A stretch of DNA of 64,000 bases from Candidatus Methylomirabilis sp. (GTDB taxonomy: Bacteria > DYJV01), in assembly GCA_020722945.1 (NCBI GenBank), contig DYJV01000001.1:15520-79519 (forward strand), read 5' to 3'. A program made the position numbers and the translations under genes. The notes beneath the pieces were generated by a model that made no database searches, was not told where the DNA came from, and saw only the letters and a list, made by a program, of their open reading frames with translations. Shown here piece by piece: positions 39,482 through 47,732 of this stretch; within the stretch, counting starts at the first letter, position 1; every line of letters starts with the position of its first letter.

Positions 39482-39526
39482 TTGATACATGTTTGTTCTT
39501 TATCTCTGTATTGATACAAATTTGTT
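39482..39526. repeat. Direct repeat TTGATACA-NN-TTTGTT (x2) in the intergenic region upstream of the glt operon
   Basis: ttgatacatgtttgtt (39482-39497) and ttgatacaaatttgtt (39511-39526) share 14 of 16 bases and start 29 bp apart. They lie 214-258 bp upstream of the start at 39268. Confidence 0.5.
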
Positions 39527-39590
39527 TTTATTTTTTATGGAATTGAAACTCTCTTTATAAATATCTAAATTGAGTAAAAAGGAATGGGTG

Positions 39591-40466
39591 TTATGGCACA
39601 ATTAGATTGATAAATTTGTCTGATATTTCAATTCTGTTTATTGATTGAAAATCTTGGAAAAAATCACCATCAAATTGAGAGTAGAGATCTTTGCTATTTA
39701 AAATTTTTATTTTTCTCCCCTTTATTGTCTCTTTTGTAAAAAAAATTGTTAAAAGTGACAATTTTGTTAGCTTTCTGATAATAAGTATTTCAAAATAATC
39801 TTCAAATAGTGATGCATTCTTAAAAATTTTGAAATTCCCTCCATATTTTTCTGTTTTATTTAATATTAATGTCTCTACATTGTATTTTTCTCCATCTATT
39901 TCTACTGTAAATTCTCTTAACTTATTTAAATTGTTGAGGCATTTAAAAAAAGATAAAATATATGATACAACTCTAAACCTCTTTTTCAAGTCAAGGTTTA
40001 CTTTTGAAGTTACAAAACCGTCAATCCCCACTCCACAACTAAAAATAAAATATTTTTTAAAAGTTCCACTCTCTGATAGAGCAACACCCAATGTTACTTT
40101 TTTACTTTTACCATTAAAAATGGTTAAAAGATTTTTTTCTATATTTTTTGGTAATAGCAGCTCTTTTGCAAGGACATTTGCAGTGCCAAAGGGGATGATA
40201 CCAACTTTTACATTATGGTATGTGGATTCATAAATTAATCCCTCGGCTATTTGATTTATTGTTCCATCTCCACCCACTCCAATTATAGTTGTTTCTTTAC
40301 CATTATACTCTTTTGAAATTTCACGAGATAATATCGTTGTGTGACCTGAATAACTTGATTTGACTATTTTGTAATCGGTTTTCCTCTGTTTGAAAAACTC
40401 CTCTATAAAGTAAATATCCTCTTTTTTTGCTTTTGATAAAGGATTGACTATAATAAAAAATTTCAT
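39591..40466 (-). CDS. Diacylglycerol-kinase-family lipid kinase (YegS/DagK-like)
   Basis: DAGK catalytic-domain motif IIGVGGDGTINQIAEGL and GIIPFGTANVLAKEL. 291 aa. Confidence 0.8.
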   Translation of the reverse strand: MKFFIIVNPLSKAKKEDIYFIEEFFKQRKTDYKIVKSSYSGHTTILSREISKEYNGKETTIIGVGGDGTINQIAEGLIYESTYHNVKVGIIPFGTANVLAKELLLPKNIEKNLLTIFNGKSKKVTLGVALSESGTFKKYFIFSCGVGIDGFVTSKVNLDLKKRFRVVSYILSFFKCLNNLNKLREFTVEIDGEKYNVETLILNKTEKYGGNFKIFKNASLFEDYFEILIIRKLTKLSLLTIFFTKETIKGRKIKILNSKDLYSQFDGDFFQDFQSINRIEISDKFINLIVP

Positions 40467-40471
40467 AGAAA

Positions 40472-41374
40472 TTAACCTAATTGTAATTTGAATTTTTTAA
40501 TAAGTAATCTGCTAATGTAAAAAGATAGAAATCCTATAAAAATCCCCCCTAATATATCGAGAATATAGTGAAATCTGAGAAAAAATGTTGAAATAGATAG
40601 TAGTATAAAGATAGTTAGAAAAAGAGGGAATAGATTCTTTGTAATCTTGGAATATATTAGAACAATTAGAGCAATTGCAACATGAGAGCTTGGCATTGCT
40701 GAACCTGGTAACTCTCCATGTTTGTAGAAAAAAGATATTATATCTTTAAATAAACCGCCATTTATAGGAAAGTGTTTAATTTCAAATGGACCTGCTAATG
40801 GAATGAAAATGTATAAAATATAGCAGATATAGTATGTAAGCATTAGAGAGAAAAGGAATTTATGAAAAATTACTCTACCCTTTTTGTAAAGGATAAAACC
40901 TAATAAAGGGATAATCAGGTAGTAAGAGAAGTAAGATAGGTACATTATTTCGTTTAGTAAAAAATTATTTTTGGTCAAAGTTAGGAGAGTTATCCCAATA
41001 TCCAAGCCAAAAAGCTCTTCCTCTAATGTGTAAAAATATTTATCCCAAAAACCTTCAAAGAAAATTTGGTTAAGATACCCGGTCTGTTTATATAAAAATG
41101 ATACAATAATCAGCGGATACCAATTTCTAATCAGGAGTATAAAAGATAATATCTTATGAGTAATTGGTTTGTAAGGGGTTGAGAGCTTGTTATAAAAATT
41201 TTCTGAGCTGATTTGCTCTAAAATTAAAATAAATATATAAATGCCAAAGATAAAGGTAAGATGAAACAGAATATTAGCTTTATAATGAATCGGATTCTGA
41301 GCCCCGATAATGATTAATATTTCAACAAGAGTAAGATAAATGAATGTTATTTTGTCTGTAAGGGTTAGAGCCAT
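40472..41374 (-). CDS. Integral-membrane PAP2-superfamily phosphatase/phosphotransferase (AUR1/sphingomyelin-synthase-like motif arrangement)
   Basis: Multi-TM protein with GSAMPSSHVAIAL (C2-like SxH) and RFHYILDILGG (C3-like HxxxD). Confidence 0.65.
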   Translation of the reverse strand: MALTLTDKITFIYLTLVEILIIIGAQNPIHYKANILFHLTFIFGIYIFILILEQISSENFYNKLSTPYKPITHKILSFILLIRNWYPLIIVSFLYKQTGYLNQIFFEGFWDKYFYTLEEELFGLDIGITLLTLTKNNFLLNEIMYLSYFSYYLIIPLLGFILYKKGRVIFHKFLFSLMLTYYICYILYIFIPLAGPFEIKHFPINGGLFKDIISFFYKHGELPGSAMPSSHVAIALIVLIYSKITKNLFPLFLTIFILLSISTFFLRFHYILDILGGIFIGFLSFYISRLLIKKFKLQLG

Positions 41375-42369
41375 CGCTGTTCTTTATACCATTTGTAAGT
41401 CTCTTTTACTGCTTCGTGAAATGTTTTTTTAGGTTTGAATTGGAGTATGGATGCTGCTTTTGCTGCTGAGCATTTCCATGATGGCTGTAATATCTCTGAT
41501 AATTTATCACTATTTAGAAGTGGGGGGTATCCTGATACTCTATAAAATAGGTTAATAATTGGGGAAATTGATTTTATTAAAAATTTTGGGATAGTAATTT
41601 TTAAAGATTTTTTATCCTCTGCTTGTTCAATTGCTGATAAGATGTCTAAAATAGTATGTGGTTGTTCGTAACTTAGAAAAAATGTTTGATTCAATGCAAG
41701 TTGGTTATTTAATATTTTTATAATAAAATTTACCAAATCATCCACGAATAACAAGCTATAAGAGTTTGTTAGCTCCCCTGAAATTAATGAAATTCCCCCT
41801 TTTACCATTTTAAAGTAGCTAAGAATGTCTTTGTCACCTGGTCCAAAAACAGCAGGTGGTCTTATGATTGTGTAGGGAATCTTGCTTTTTATAACCATTT
41901 TTTCTGCAATTAACTTGCTCAGACCGTAATTTGATACTGGTCTTGGAGTAGAAGTTTCATCAGGTGTTTTATTTATAGATGGTCCACATGCTGCCAAGCT
42001 ACTTATGAATATAAATTGCTTGGCATTTACTTTTTTTGCAAATTTTAATAGTTCAACTGTTGTAAGAGTATTTGAAATATAAAAATTATTACTGTTGATA
42101 CTTTTTGTCAGACCAGCTATATGAATAACGATATCTATATTTTTTACTTGATTTTTGTGATAATTTTTATTTATATTTAAGATATCATCATTAATAATCT
42201 CTATATTAAAATGCTTAAATTTATTGATATTTTTTCTTGATATAACAGTGAGTTCTAAATCCTTGATAACACTCATTTTTGAAATAAGGTTGTAGCCAAT
42301 AAATCCATTTGCTCCTGTAATTAGAACATTCATAAGTTTTATTGTATGATTAACGACAAAGTTTGTCAA
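41365..42369 (-). CDS. NAD-dependent epimerase/dehydratase-family (extended SDR) protein
   Basis: Rossmann motif VLITGANGFIGYNL and catalytic YGLSK (YxxxK). Overlaps the downstream PAP2 gene by 10 nt. Confidence 0.8.
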   Translation of the reverse strand: MTNFVVNHTIKLMNVLITGANGFIGYNLISKMSVIKDLELTVISRKNINKFKHFNIEIINDDILNINKNYHKNQVKNIDIVIHIAGLTKSINSNNFYISNTLTTVELLKFAKKVNAKQFIFISSLAACGPSINKTPDETSTPRPVSNYGLSKLIAEKMVIKSKIPYTIIRPPAVFGPGDKDILSYFKMVKGGISLISGELTNSYSLLFVDDLVNFIIKILNNQLALNQTFFLSYEQPHTILDILSAIEQAEDKKSLKITIPKFLIKSISPIINLFYRVSGYPPLLNSDKLSEILQPSWKCSAAKAASILQFKPKKTFHEAVKETYKWYKEQRWL

Positions 42370-42394
42370 TAATCAAAAAATATAAAAATAAATA

Positions 42395-42429
42395 TTGACA
42401 ATTTTAAATCCTAATGATAATTATTCTTA
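42395..42429 (+). promoter_or_regulatory. Candidate sigma-70 promoter with an overlapping Fur/PerR-type box upstream of rubrerythrin
   Basis: TTGACA at 42395-42400. GATAAT at 42416-42421 (15-nt spacer), or TGaTAATTA as an extended -10. Bases 42412-42429, TAATGATAATTATTCTTA, match 14 of 18 positions of the classical Fur-box consensus ATAATGATAATCATTATC. Confidence 0.4.
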
Positions 42430-42460
42430 ATAATTTTTTTATAAAAAAAAGGGGGGTTAT

Positions 42461-43036
42461 ATGGCATCATTAAAAGGTTCAAAAACAGAGAGAAACATCC
42501 TTACTGCTTTTTCAGGAGAGTCTCAAGCAAGAAACAGATATACCTATTTTTCTTCTCAGGCTAAAAAAGAGGGTTTTGAGCAGATAGCTTTTATCTTTGA
42601 AGAGACTGCAAATCAAGAGAAGGAGCATGCTAAAAGATTATTCAAGCTTTTGGAGGGTGGAGAAGTAGAAATTTCTGCAACTTTCCCTGCTGGTAAAATA
42701 GGTAGCACAGTTGACAATCTTCTTGAAGCTGCTGGTGGCGAACATTACGAATATTCTGTAATGTATCCAGATTTTGCCAAAGTTGCAAGAGTGGAGGGCT
42801 TTGAAAATATTGCAAGAATATTTGAAGCTATTGCAGTTGCGGAGAAGTTTCATGAAGAGAGGTATAAGGATTTTGCTAAAAATATAAAAGATGGCAAGGT
42901 GTTTAGCAAGGGTAAAAGTGTTGTATGGAGATGTAGAAACTGTGGCTATGTTCACGAAGGGGAGACAGCATTAGATGTTTGCCCTGCTTGTGCTCATCCA
43001 CAGGCTTACTTTGAAATTATATCTAAAAACTGGTAA
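42461..43036 (+). CDS. rbr: Rubrerythrin
   Basis: Diiron four-helix-bundle motifs (ESQARNRY, EKEHAKRL, GEHYE, EKFHEERY) and a C-terminal rubredoxin-like CRNCGY ... CPACAHP. GGGGGG SD. Confidence 0.9.
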   Translation: MASLKGSKTERNILTAFSGESQARNRYTYFSSQAKKEGFEQIAFIFEETANQEKEHAKRLFKLLEGGEVEISATFPAGKIGSTVDNLLEAAGGEHYEYSVMYPDFAKVARVEGFENIARIFEAIAVAEKFHEERYKDFAKNIKDGKVFSKGKSVVWRCRNCGYVHEGETALDVCPACAHPQAYFEIISKNW

Positions 43037-43099
43037 TAAGTTGGAAAGTTATAGGATATTACCAATTTTTATGAGTGATTTTTATAAAAGGGGGTAGAG

Positions 43100-44320
43100 A
43101 TGCAAGATAATTTTAAAGCTCTAAAAATAAGTGATAATGTTTATTGGGTTGGTGCTATAGATTGGAAAATAAGGGATTTTCATGGATATCTTACCAGCCG
43201 AGGGACAACATACAATGCGTATCTTATAATTGCTGATAAGGTAACATTGGTAGATACAGTAAAATCCCCATACATGAAGGAACTGCTTTCAAGAATTTCC
43301 TCTGTAATTGATCCTAAAAAGATTGACTATATAATTTCTCAGCATTCAGAGATGGACCATTCAGGGTGTATTCCTGAAATTATAAATATTATAAATCCTG
43401 AAAAAGTATTTACTTCAGTTGCGGGGGCAAAAGTATTAAAAGAACACTTTGATTTTGATTATGATTTGACTCCTGTAAAAAATGGGGAGAGTATATCTTT
43501 GGGTAATATGAATTTATCTTTTTATGAAACCAAAATGCTTCATTGGCCTGAAAGTATGATATCTTACCTTGACAAAGATCAGATTTTATTCTCCCAAGAT
43601 GGTTTTGGGCTTCACCTTGCAACATATGAGAGATTTTCAGATCAGCTCCCTGAATATCTATGGTTTGAAGAAGCAGCAAAATATTATGCAAATATCCTTC
43701 TCCCTTATTCAAAACTAATTTTGAAGTTACTTGATACTCTCAATGCAATGAAGCTTAACATTAAAATTTTGGCAAATGATCATGGTCCTATTTTTAGAGG
43801 GGGTGATATTTTTAAAATAATTTCTTATTACAGTTATTGGGCGACTCAATCCCCTACAAATAAAGCTGTTATAATTTACGATACAATGTGGAACAGCACA
43901 GAGCTTATGGCTCGTGTAATAGCTGAAGGTCTTTTTTCGGCTGGGGCAATCCCTGTGGTAATGTCTACAAAGGTTTCTCACCGAAGTGATATTATTACTC
44001 AGCTTCTTGATGCAGGTGCTATGGTGGTTGGAGCACCTACTATAAACAATATGATGTTTCCTGAAATTCAGGATGTAATGTCTTATGTCAGAGGACTCAA
44101 ACCTGAAAATCTTATAGGGTTTACATTTGGTTCTTACGGTTGGAGTGGCGAAGGTCCCAAACAGCTCAAAATTTACCTTGAAGAGATGAAGGTAAAAATT
44201 ATAAGGGATGAATTGAGAGTCAAAAATGTTCCTAAAGATGCTGCACTTAAAGAGTGTTTCGAAGCTGGAAAGGCTTTGGGTGAAATTATAAAGGATTACC
44301 CTAAATGCAAATTTCTTTAA
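43100..44320 (+). CDS. fprA: Flavodiiron protein (FprA-type O2/NO reductase): metallo-beta-lactamase-like plus flavodoxin-like domains
   Basis: Diiron motif SQHSEMDHSG (HxExDH) in an MBL fold. C-terminal flavodoxin-like domain (AVIIYDTMWNSTE ... GAPTINN ... FGSYGWSGEG). Confidence 0.85.
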   Translation: MQDNFKALKISDNVYWVGAIDWKIRDFHGYLTSRGTTYNAYLIIADKVTLVDTVKSPYMKELLSRISSVIDPKKIDYIISQHSEMDHSGCIPEIINIINPEKVFTSVAGAKVLKEHFDFDYDLTPVKNGESISLGNMNLSFYETKMLHWPESMISYLDKDQILFSQDGFGLHLATYERFSDQLPEYLWFEEAAKYYANILLPYSKLILKLLDTLNAMKLNIKILANDHGPIFRGGDIFKIISYYSYWATQSPTNKAVIIYDTMWNSTELMARVIAEGLFSAGAIPVVMSTKVSHRSDIITQLLDAGAMVVGAPTINNMMFPEIQDVMSYVRGLKPENLIGFTFGSYGWSGEGPKQLKIYLEEMKVKIIRDELRVKNVPKDAALKECFEAGKALGEIIKDYPKCKFL

Positions 44321-45075
44321 AAGATTACCTTGAAGAGCTTTACCAAAATTACAACAGAAGAGATTTTGTAAATCCTGATCCATTGCAGTTTCTTTATCTT
44401 TATGATGATCCAAGGGATATCGAAATTGCTGCAATGGTTGGAGCATCACTTGCTTATGGGAGAGTTGAAATAATAGTAAAAAATTTAAGCAGTATATTTG
44501 CTAAAACAGGTAAACCATTTCAATATATTTTGAGAAAAAAAGAGAGTGATATAAAGAGTGATTTTGTAGATTTTAAACATAGATTTACAACCGGCAGAGA
44601 GATATCAGATATGTTTATACTTCTTAAAAGGATATATGATAGCGGCTTGTCTCTATTTGATTTTTTTTACAACATATATAGAAATTCTGATAATAATCTT
44701 ATTGTTACTCTTCAGAAATTTTCCAATCATTTTTCAAGTTGTGATTCACTTATCCCTGATGTATGCAAAGGTAGTGCCTGCAAACGTCTTTTTCTTATGC
44801 TGCGATGGCTTGTCAGAAAGGACAATGTTGATCTGGGACTCTGGGATAAACTCCCTTCGAGTGAGCTAATTATCCCACTTGATACACATATGTTGAATAT
44901 TTCATTGAAATTAAATTTTATTAAAACAAAATGTAATTCATTAAAAAATGCAATTGAAGTTACAGAAAAATTTAAAAAAATTAATTCTATGGATCCGGTA
45001 AAGTATGATTTTGTTCTTACCAGATTTGGTATTAGAAGAGATTTTGATATTAATCAGCTTGTTTTTTTATCTTAA
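44305..45075 (+). CDS. Conserved hypothetical protein (DUF2400/TIGR02757-like; family recalled from memory)
   Basis: 256-aa soluble protein (DPLQFLYLYDDPRDIEIAAMVGASLAYGRV ...). Overlaps the fprA stop by 16 nt, so it is probably co-transcribed. Confidence 0.4.
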   Translation: MQISLKDYLEELYQNYNRRDFVNPDPLQFLYLYDDPRDIEIAAMVGASLAYGRVEIIVKNLSSIFAKTGKPFQYILRKKESDIKSDFVDFKHRFTTGREISDMFILLKRIYDSGLSLFDFFYNIYRNSDNNLIVTLQKFSNHFSSCDSLIPDVCKGSACKRLFLMLRWLVRKDNVDLGLWDKLPSSELIIPLDTHMLNISLKLNFIKTKCNSLKNAIEVTEKFKKINSMDPVKYDFVLTRFGIRRDFDINQLVFLS

Positions 45076-45099
45076 TTTTTAAATTGAAGGAGGTTTTCT

Positions 45100-46389
45100 A
45101 TGGATTATCCATTATGGATTATACCAGGTATTAGTGGTGCAATGGTTATTGCAATTAATGCAATTCTTCATGTTTTAATCTCGCATTTTGCTGTTGGCAT
45201 GGGACTTTTTGTTGCTGTTGCAGAGCTAAAAGCTATAAAAAGTGGTGATAGAGATTATGTTGATTTTGTAAAAAATAGTAGTAAGCTTATTCTTCTTATC
45301 TCAGCAATTATAGGTGCTTTGACAGGGGTAGGGATATGGTTTACCATTGCTCTTGTTTCCCCTTCAGGGACTAGCTCTCTGATACACAATTATGTTTGGG
45401 GATGGGCTATTGAGTGGATTTTCTTTGTTCTTGAGATAGTTGCAATTCTTGTCTACTACTATACATGGGATAAAGTTTCAGACAAGTTTCATAATTTTGT
45501 TGGATGGCTTTATTTTATTGGTGCATATTTAAGTCTTGTTATTATAAATGGAATAATAACATTCCAGCTTACTCCAGGCAACTGGCTCAAAACTCATGCT
45601 TTTTGGGACGGATTTTTTAATCCTACTTACTTCCCTTCCCTTGTTGGAAGGTCAGGTATATGTTTCTTTCTGGCAGGAGTTTTTGCAACTCTTGTTTTAT
45701 CATTTATGAAAAATATGGATATAAAAGCCAAAGCTGGTAGGTTGGCAGGATGGTTCTTGATTTTTGGGATTATCTTGACTTACTTAGGGTTCTTCTGGTG
45801 GCAAAATGCTATCCCTGCTCAAGTAAGACAAAACTTTTTAGGTGCAAACACAATACTTACAGATTTTTACAAATATGCTTCTATGCTTGGGATAGTTACT
45901 TTTGTAATAGCATTTATCTTTACAATGGTTGTTCCTAAAAAGATGAATATCGTAATTTCTCTTATACTTCTTATTTTATCTCAGCTTGCTTTTGGTTATT
46001 ATGAATTTACGAGGGAGAGAGCGAGAAAACCTTATGTAATAGTTGATTATATGTATTCACACGGTATTTTAAAAAGTGAAGTTGAAAAGCTCAATAAAGA
46101 TGGGATATTGTCAAAAGTAAAATGGGCTAATCCAAGGCACTCCCAAGACCCAATAGTTGTTGGTAGAGCTGTTTTTGATGCTCAATGTATAATTTGTCAC
46201 GATCTACACTATTTTAATGCAAAACCTTTATTTGATAATATCAAAGGTATGGATTCTGAAAGTATAAAATCTGATATTCTTGAGTCCCTTGATGCTAATC
46301 CTCTTATGCCCCCATTTATTGGGAACGAAAAAGAGAAAGATGCACTTGCTCTCTACTTAGAATATTTAGGTAAAAACGTAAAAAAATAA
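45100..46389 (+). CDS. Cytochrome bd-family (CydA-like) membrane protein with a C-terminal monohaem cytochrome c domain
   Basis: TM1 with conserved His (NAILHVLISHFAVGMGLF). A TM3-like acidic pair AIEWIFFVLEIVAILVYYYTW resembles the CydA E99/E107 region. The C-terminal soluble domain has CIICH (CxxCH) and a distal LMPPF Met. GGAGG SD. Confidence 0.55.
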   Translation: MDYPLWIIPGISGAMVIAINAILHVLISHFAVGMGLFVAVAELKAIKSGDRDYVDFVKNSSKLILLISAIIGALTGVGIWFTIALVSPSGTSSLIHNYVWGWAIEWIFFVLEIVAILVYYYTWDKVSDKFHNFVGWLYFIGAYLSLVIINGIITFQLTPGNWLKTHAFWDGFFNPTYFPSLVGRSGICFFLAGVFATLVLSFMKNMDIKAKAGRLAGWFLIFGIILTYLGFFWWQNAIPAQVRQNFLGANTILTDFYKYASMLGIVTFVIAFIFTMVVPKKMNIVISLILLILSQLAFGYYEFTRERARKPYVIVDYMYSHGILKSEVEKLNKDGILSKVKWANPRHSQDPIVVGRAVFDAQCIICHDLHYFNAKPLFDNIKGMDSESIKSDILESLDANPLMPPFIGNEKEKDALALYLEYLGKNVKK

Positions 46390-46401
46390 AGGAGGATTAC
46401 T

Positions 46402-47490
46402 ATGGATAAAGTTTTAAATTTAATTCCATCACCAGATGTTTCACCATTACCAAGTCCACCAGAACTTTTTATATTCTTTATAGTGTTTACATTTATCATT
46501 CATATACTATTTATGAACTTAACACTTGGTGGAAGTATTCTATTTGTGATTTCAAAATACTTCTCAAAAGACAAATTTAAAGGCATTGCAAAAGAGATAG
46601 GGTCAGTAAATACTTTCAATATCTCCCTTACGATTACTACTGGTATTGCTCCACTCCTTTTCTATCAGGTTGTTTATGGTCAGTTTTTTTACTCCTCCTC
46701 TATCTTGCTTGGTTGGAAGTGGCTTTTTGCATTAATTGCAATAGTTTCTGCGTATTATGGATATTATCTTTACAAAATGAAACCGGGTTATCTTAAAGAT
46801 GGTGAGGATGCTGGCGGTGGATTTGTGGTGGTTGCTACTGTGTTGTTCATCTATGTTGCTCTAATGTTGACTACGAATACAGTGTTGTCATTAGAGCCTG
46901 ATAAATGGTTAAGTATTTACAAAGGAAAATCATCAGTTTTTTCTCTTACCGAAATATTTCCAAGATTACTCCATTTTATCTTTGCTTCAATTGCATTTAC
47001 TGGTGTATTTCTGATGGTCTATTCAAAGTTGAGAGGCAGCCTCTCGAAAGAGCTAAAAGAGGCTATGTATGATTTTGGTAAAAACTCTTTTGTTTATGCT
47101 ACGATGATTCAGATACCTGTTGGTTTGTTTTTCCTCTTTTCACTAAAATCTGAGGCAATGGCTCTTCTACTTGGTGGGAGTAAAGTAGGATTCTATTTCT
47201 GGTTAATAGGTATGTTTACTGCGTTTCTTGGTGTTTACTATGTTTTTAAAAAGAGAGAAACTACTCTACTTTTATCTACTTTGATACTTGTATCAATTGT
47301 TTGTATGTCAATTGTAAGGAGAGTTGTTGAAGATGGGTATTGGAGTAAGTATTTTGATTATGCTACTCTTAAAGTTGCTGCTCAATGGGATGTGTTTGGA
47401 TTATTTGCTATTCTTCTCGTTGCTCTTCTTGTTCTTCTCTTTTACACTTTGAAAAGAAATGTAAAAGAGCTCTCAGAATTTAAAAAGTAA
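46402..47490 (+). CDS. Polytopic membrane protein, putative partner subunit of the bd-like oxidase
   Basis: 362 aa with about 8-9 predicted TM segments. GGAGG SD, 12 nt after the preceding gene. No diagnostic motif. Confidence 0.45.
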   Translation: MDKVLNLIPSPDVSPLPSPPELFIFFIVFTFIIHILFMNLTLGGSILFVISKYFSKDKFKGIAKEIGSVNTFNISLTITTGIAPLLFYQVVYGQFFYSSSILLGWKWLFALIAIVSAYYGYYLYKMKPGYLKDGEDAGGGFVVVATVLFIYVALMLTTNTVLSLEPDKWLSIYKGKSSVFSLTEIFPRLLHFIFASIAFTGVFLMVYSKLRGSLSKELKEAMYDFGKNSFVYATMIQIPVGLFFLFSLKSEAMALLLGGSKVGFYFWLIGMFTAFLGVYYVFKKRETTLLLSTLILVSIVCMSIVRRVVEDGYWSKYFDYATLKVAAQWDVFGLFAILLVALLVLLFYTLKRNVKELSEFKK

Positions 47491-47498
47491 AATTTTAT

Positions 47499-47540
47499 GA
47501 AAAGGCACTTAAATGTGCCTTTTCTTCTATATTTTTTTCT
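47499..47540 (+). terminator. Rho-independent terminator after the bd-like oxidase genes
   Basis: 10-bp perfect stem GAAAAGGCAC (47499-47508) / GTGCCTTTTC (47515-47524) with a 6-nt loop, followed by TTCTATATTTTTTT. Confidence 0.75.
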
Positions 47541-47672
47541 ATTGTTTACCTTTTCAAAATTTCAAATCTTATTTTCAATGTAGCGGATGAGTTTAATAAA
47601 AATTTAAAATTTTAATATATTCTCTGCTCTGCTCTTTTTTTCATTATAAAATTTAATATTTGAAATTTATTC

Positions 47673-47699
47673 TTGAAAAAACTTTCCTTTTTGTATAAT
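47673..47699 (+). promoter_or_regulatory. Candidate sigma-70 promoter for the purH'-purD operon
   Basis: TTGAAA (47673-47678) and a perfect TATAAT (47694-47699). The spacer is only 15 nt, which lowers confidence. Lies 34 nt upstream of the ATG at 47733. Confidence 0.35.
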
Positions 47700-47732
47700 G
47701 GTTATTAAAATAAAATAGTGTTTGGAGGAATT

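Noticed and set aside
43727-44449. 240-aa ORF on the minus strand, antisense to the 3' half of fprA and the 5' end of the DUF2400-like gene
   Set aside because: It lies entirely within two well-supported + strand genes. Its composition is rich in Cys, His, Phe, Asn and Arg with no motif, and no SD is visible. It is a typical shadow ORF.
47541-47717. Possible purine riboswitch or other leader RNA upstream of purH'-purD
   Set aside because: The region is very AT-rich. It has no conserved purine-riboswitch core and no three-way junction potential that I could see.
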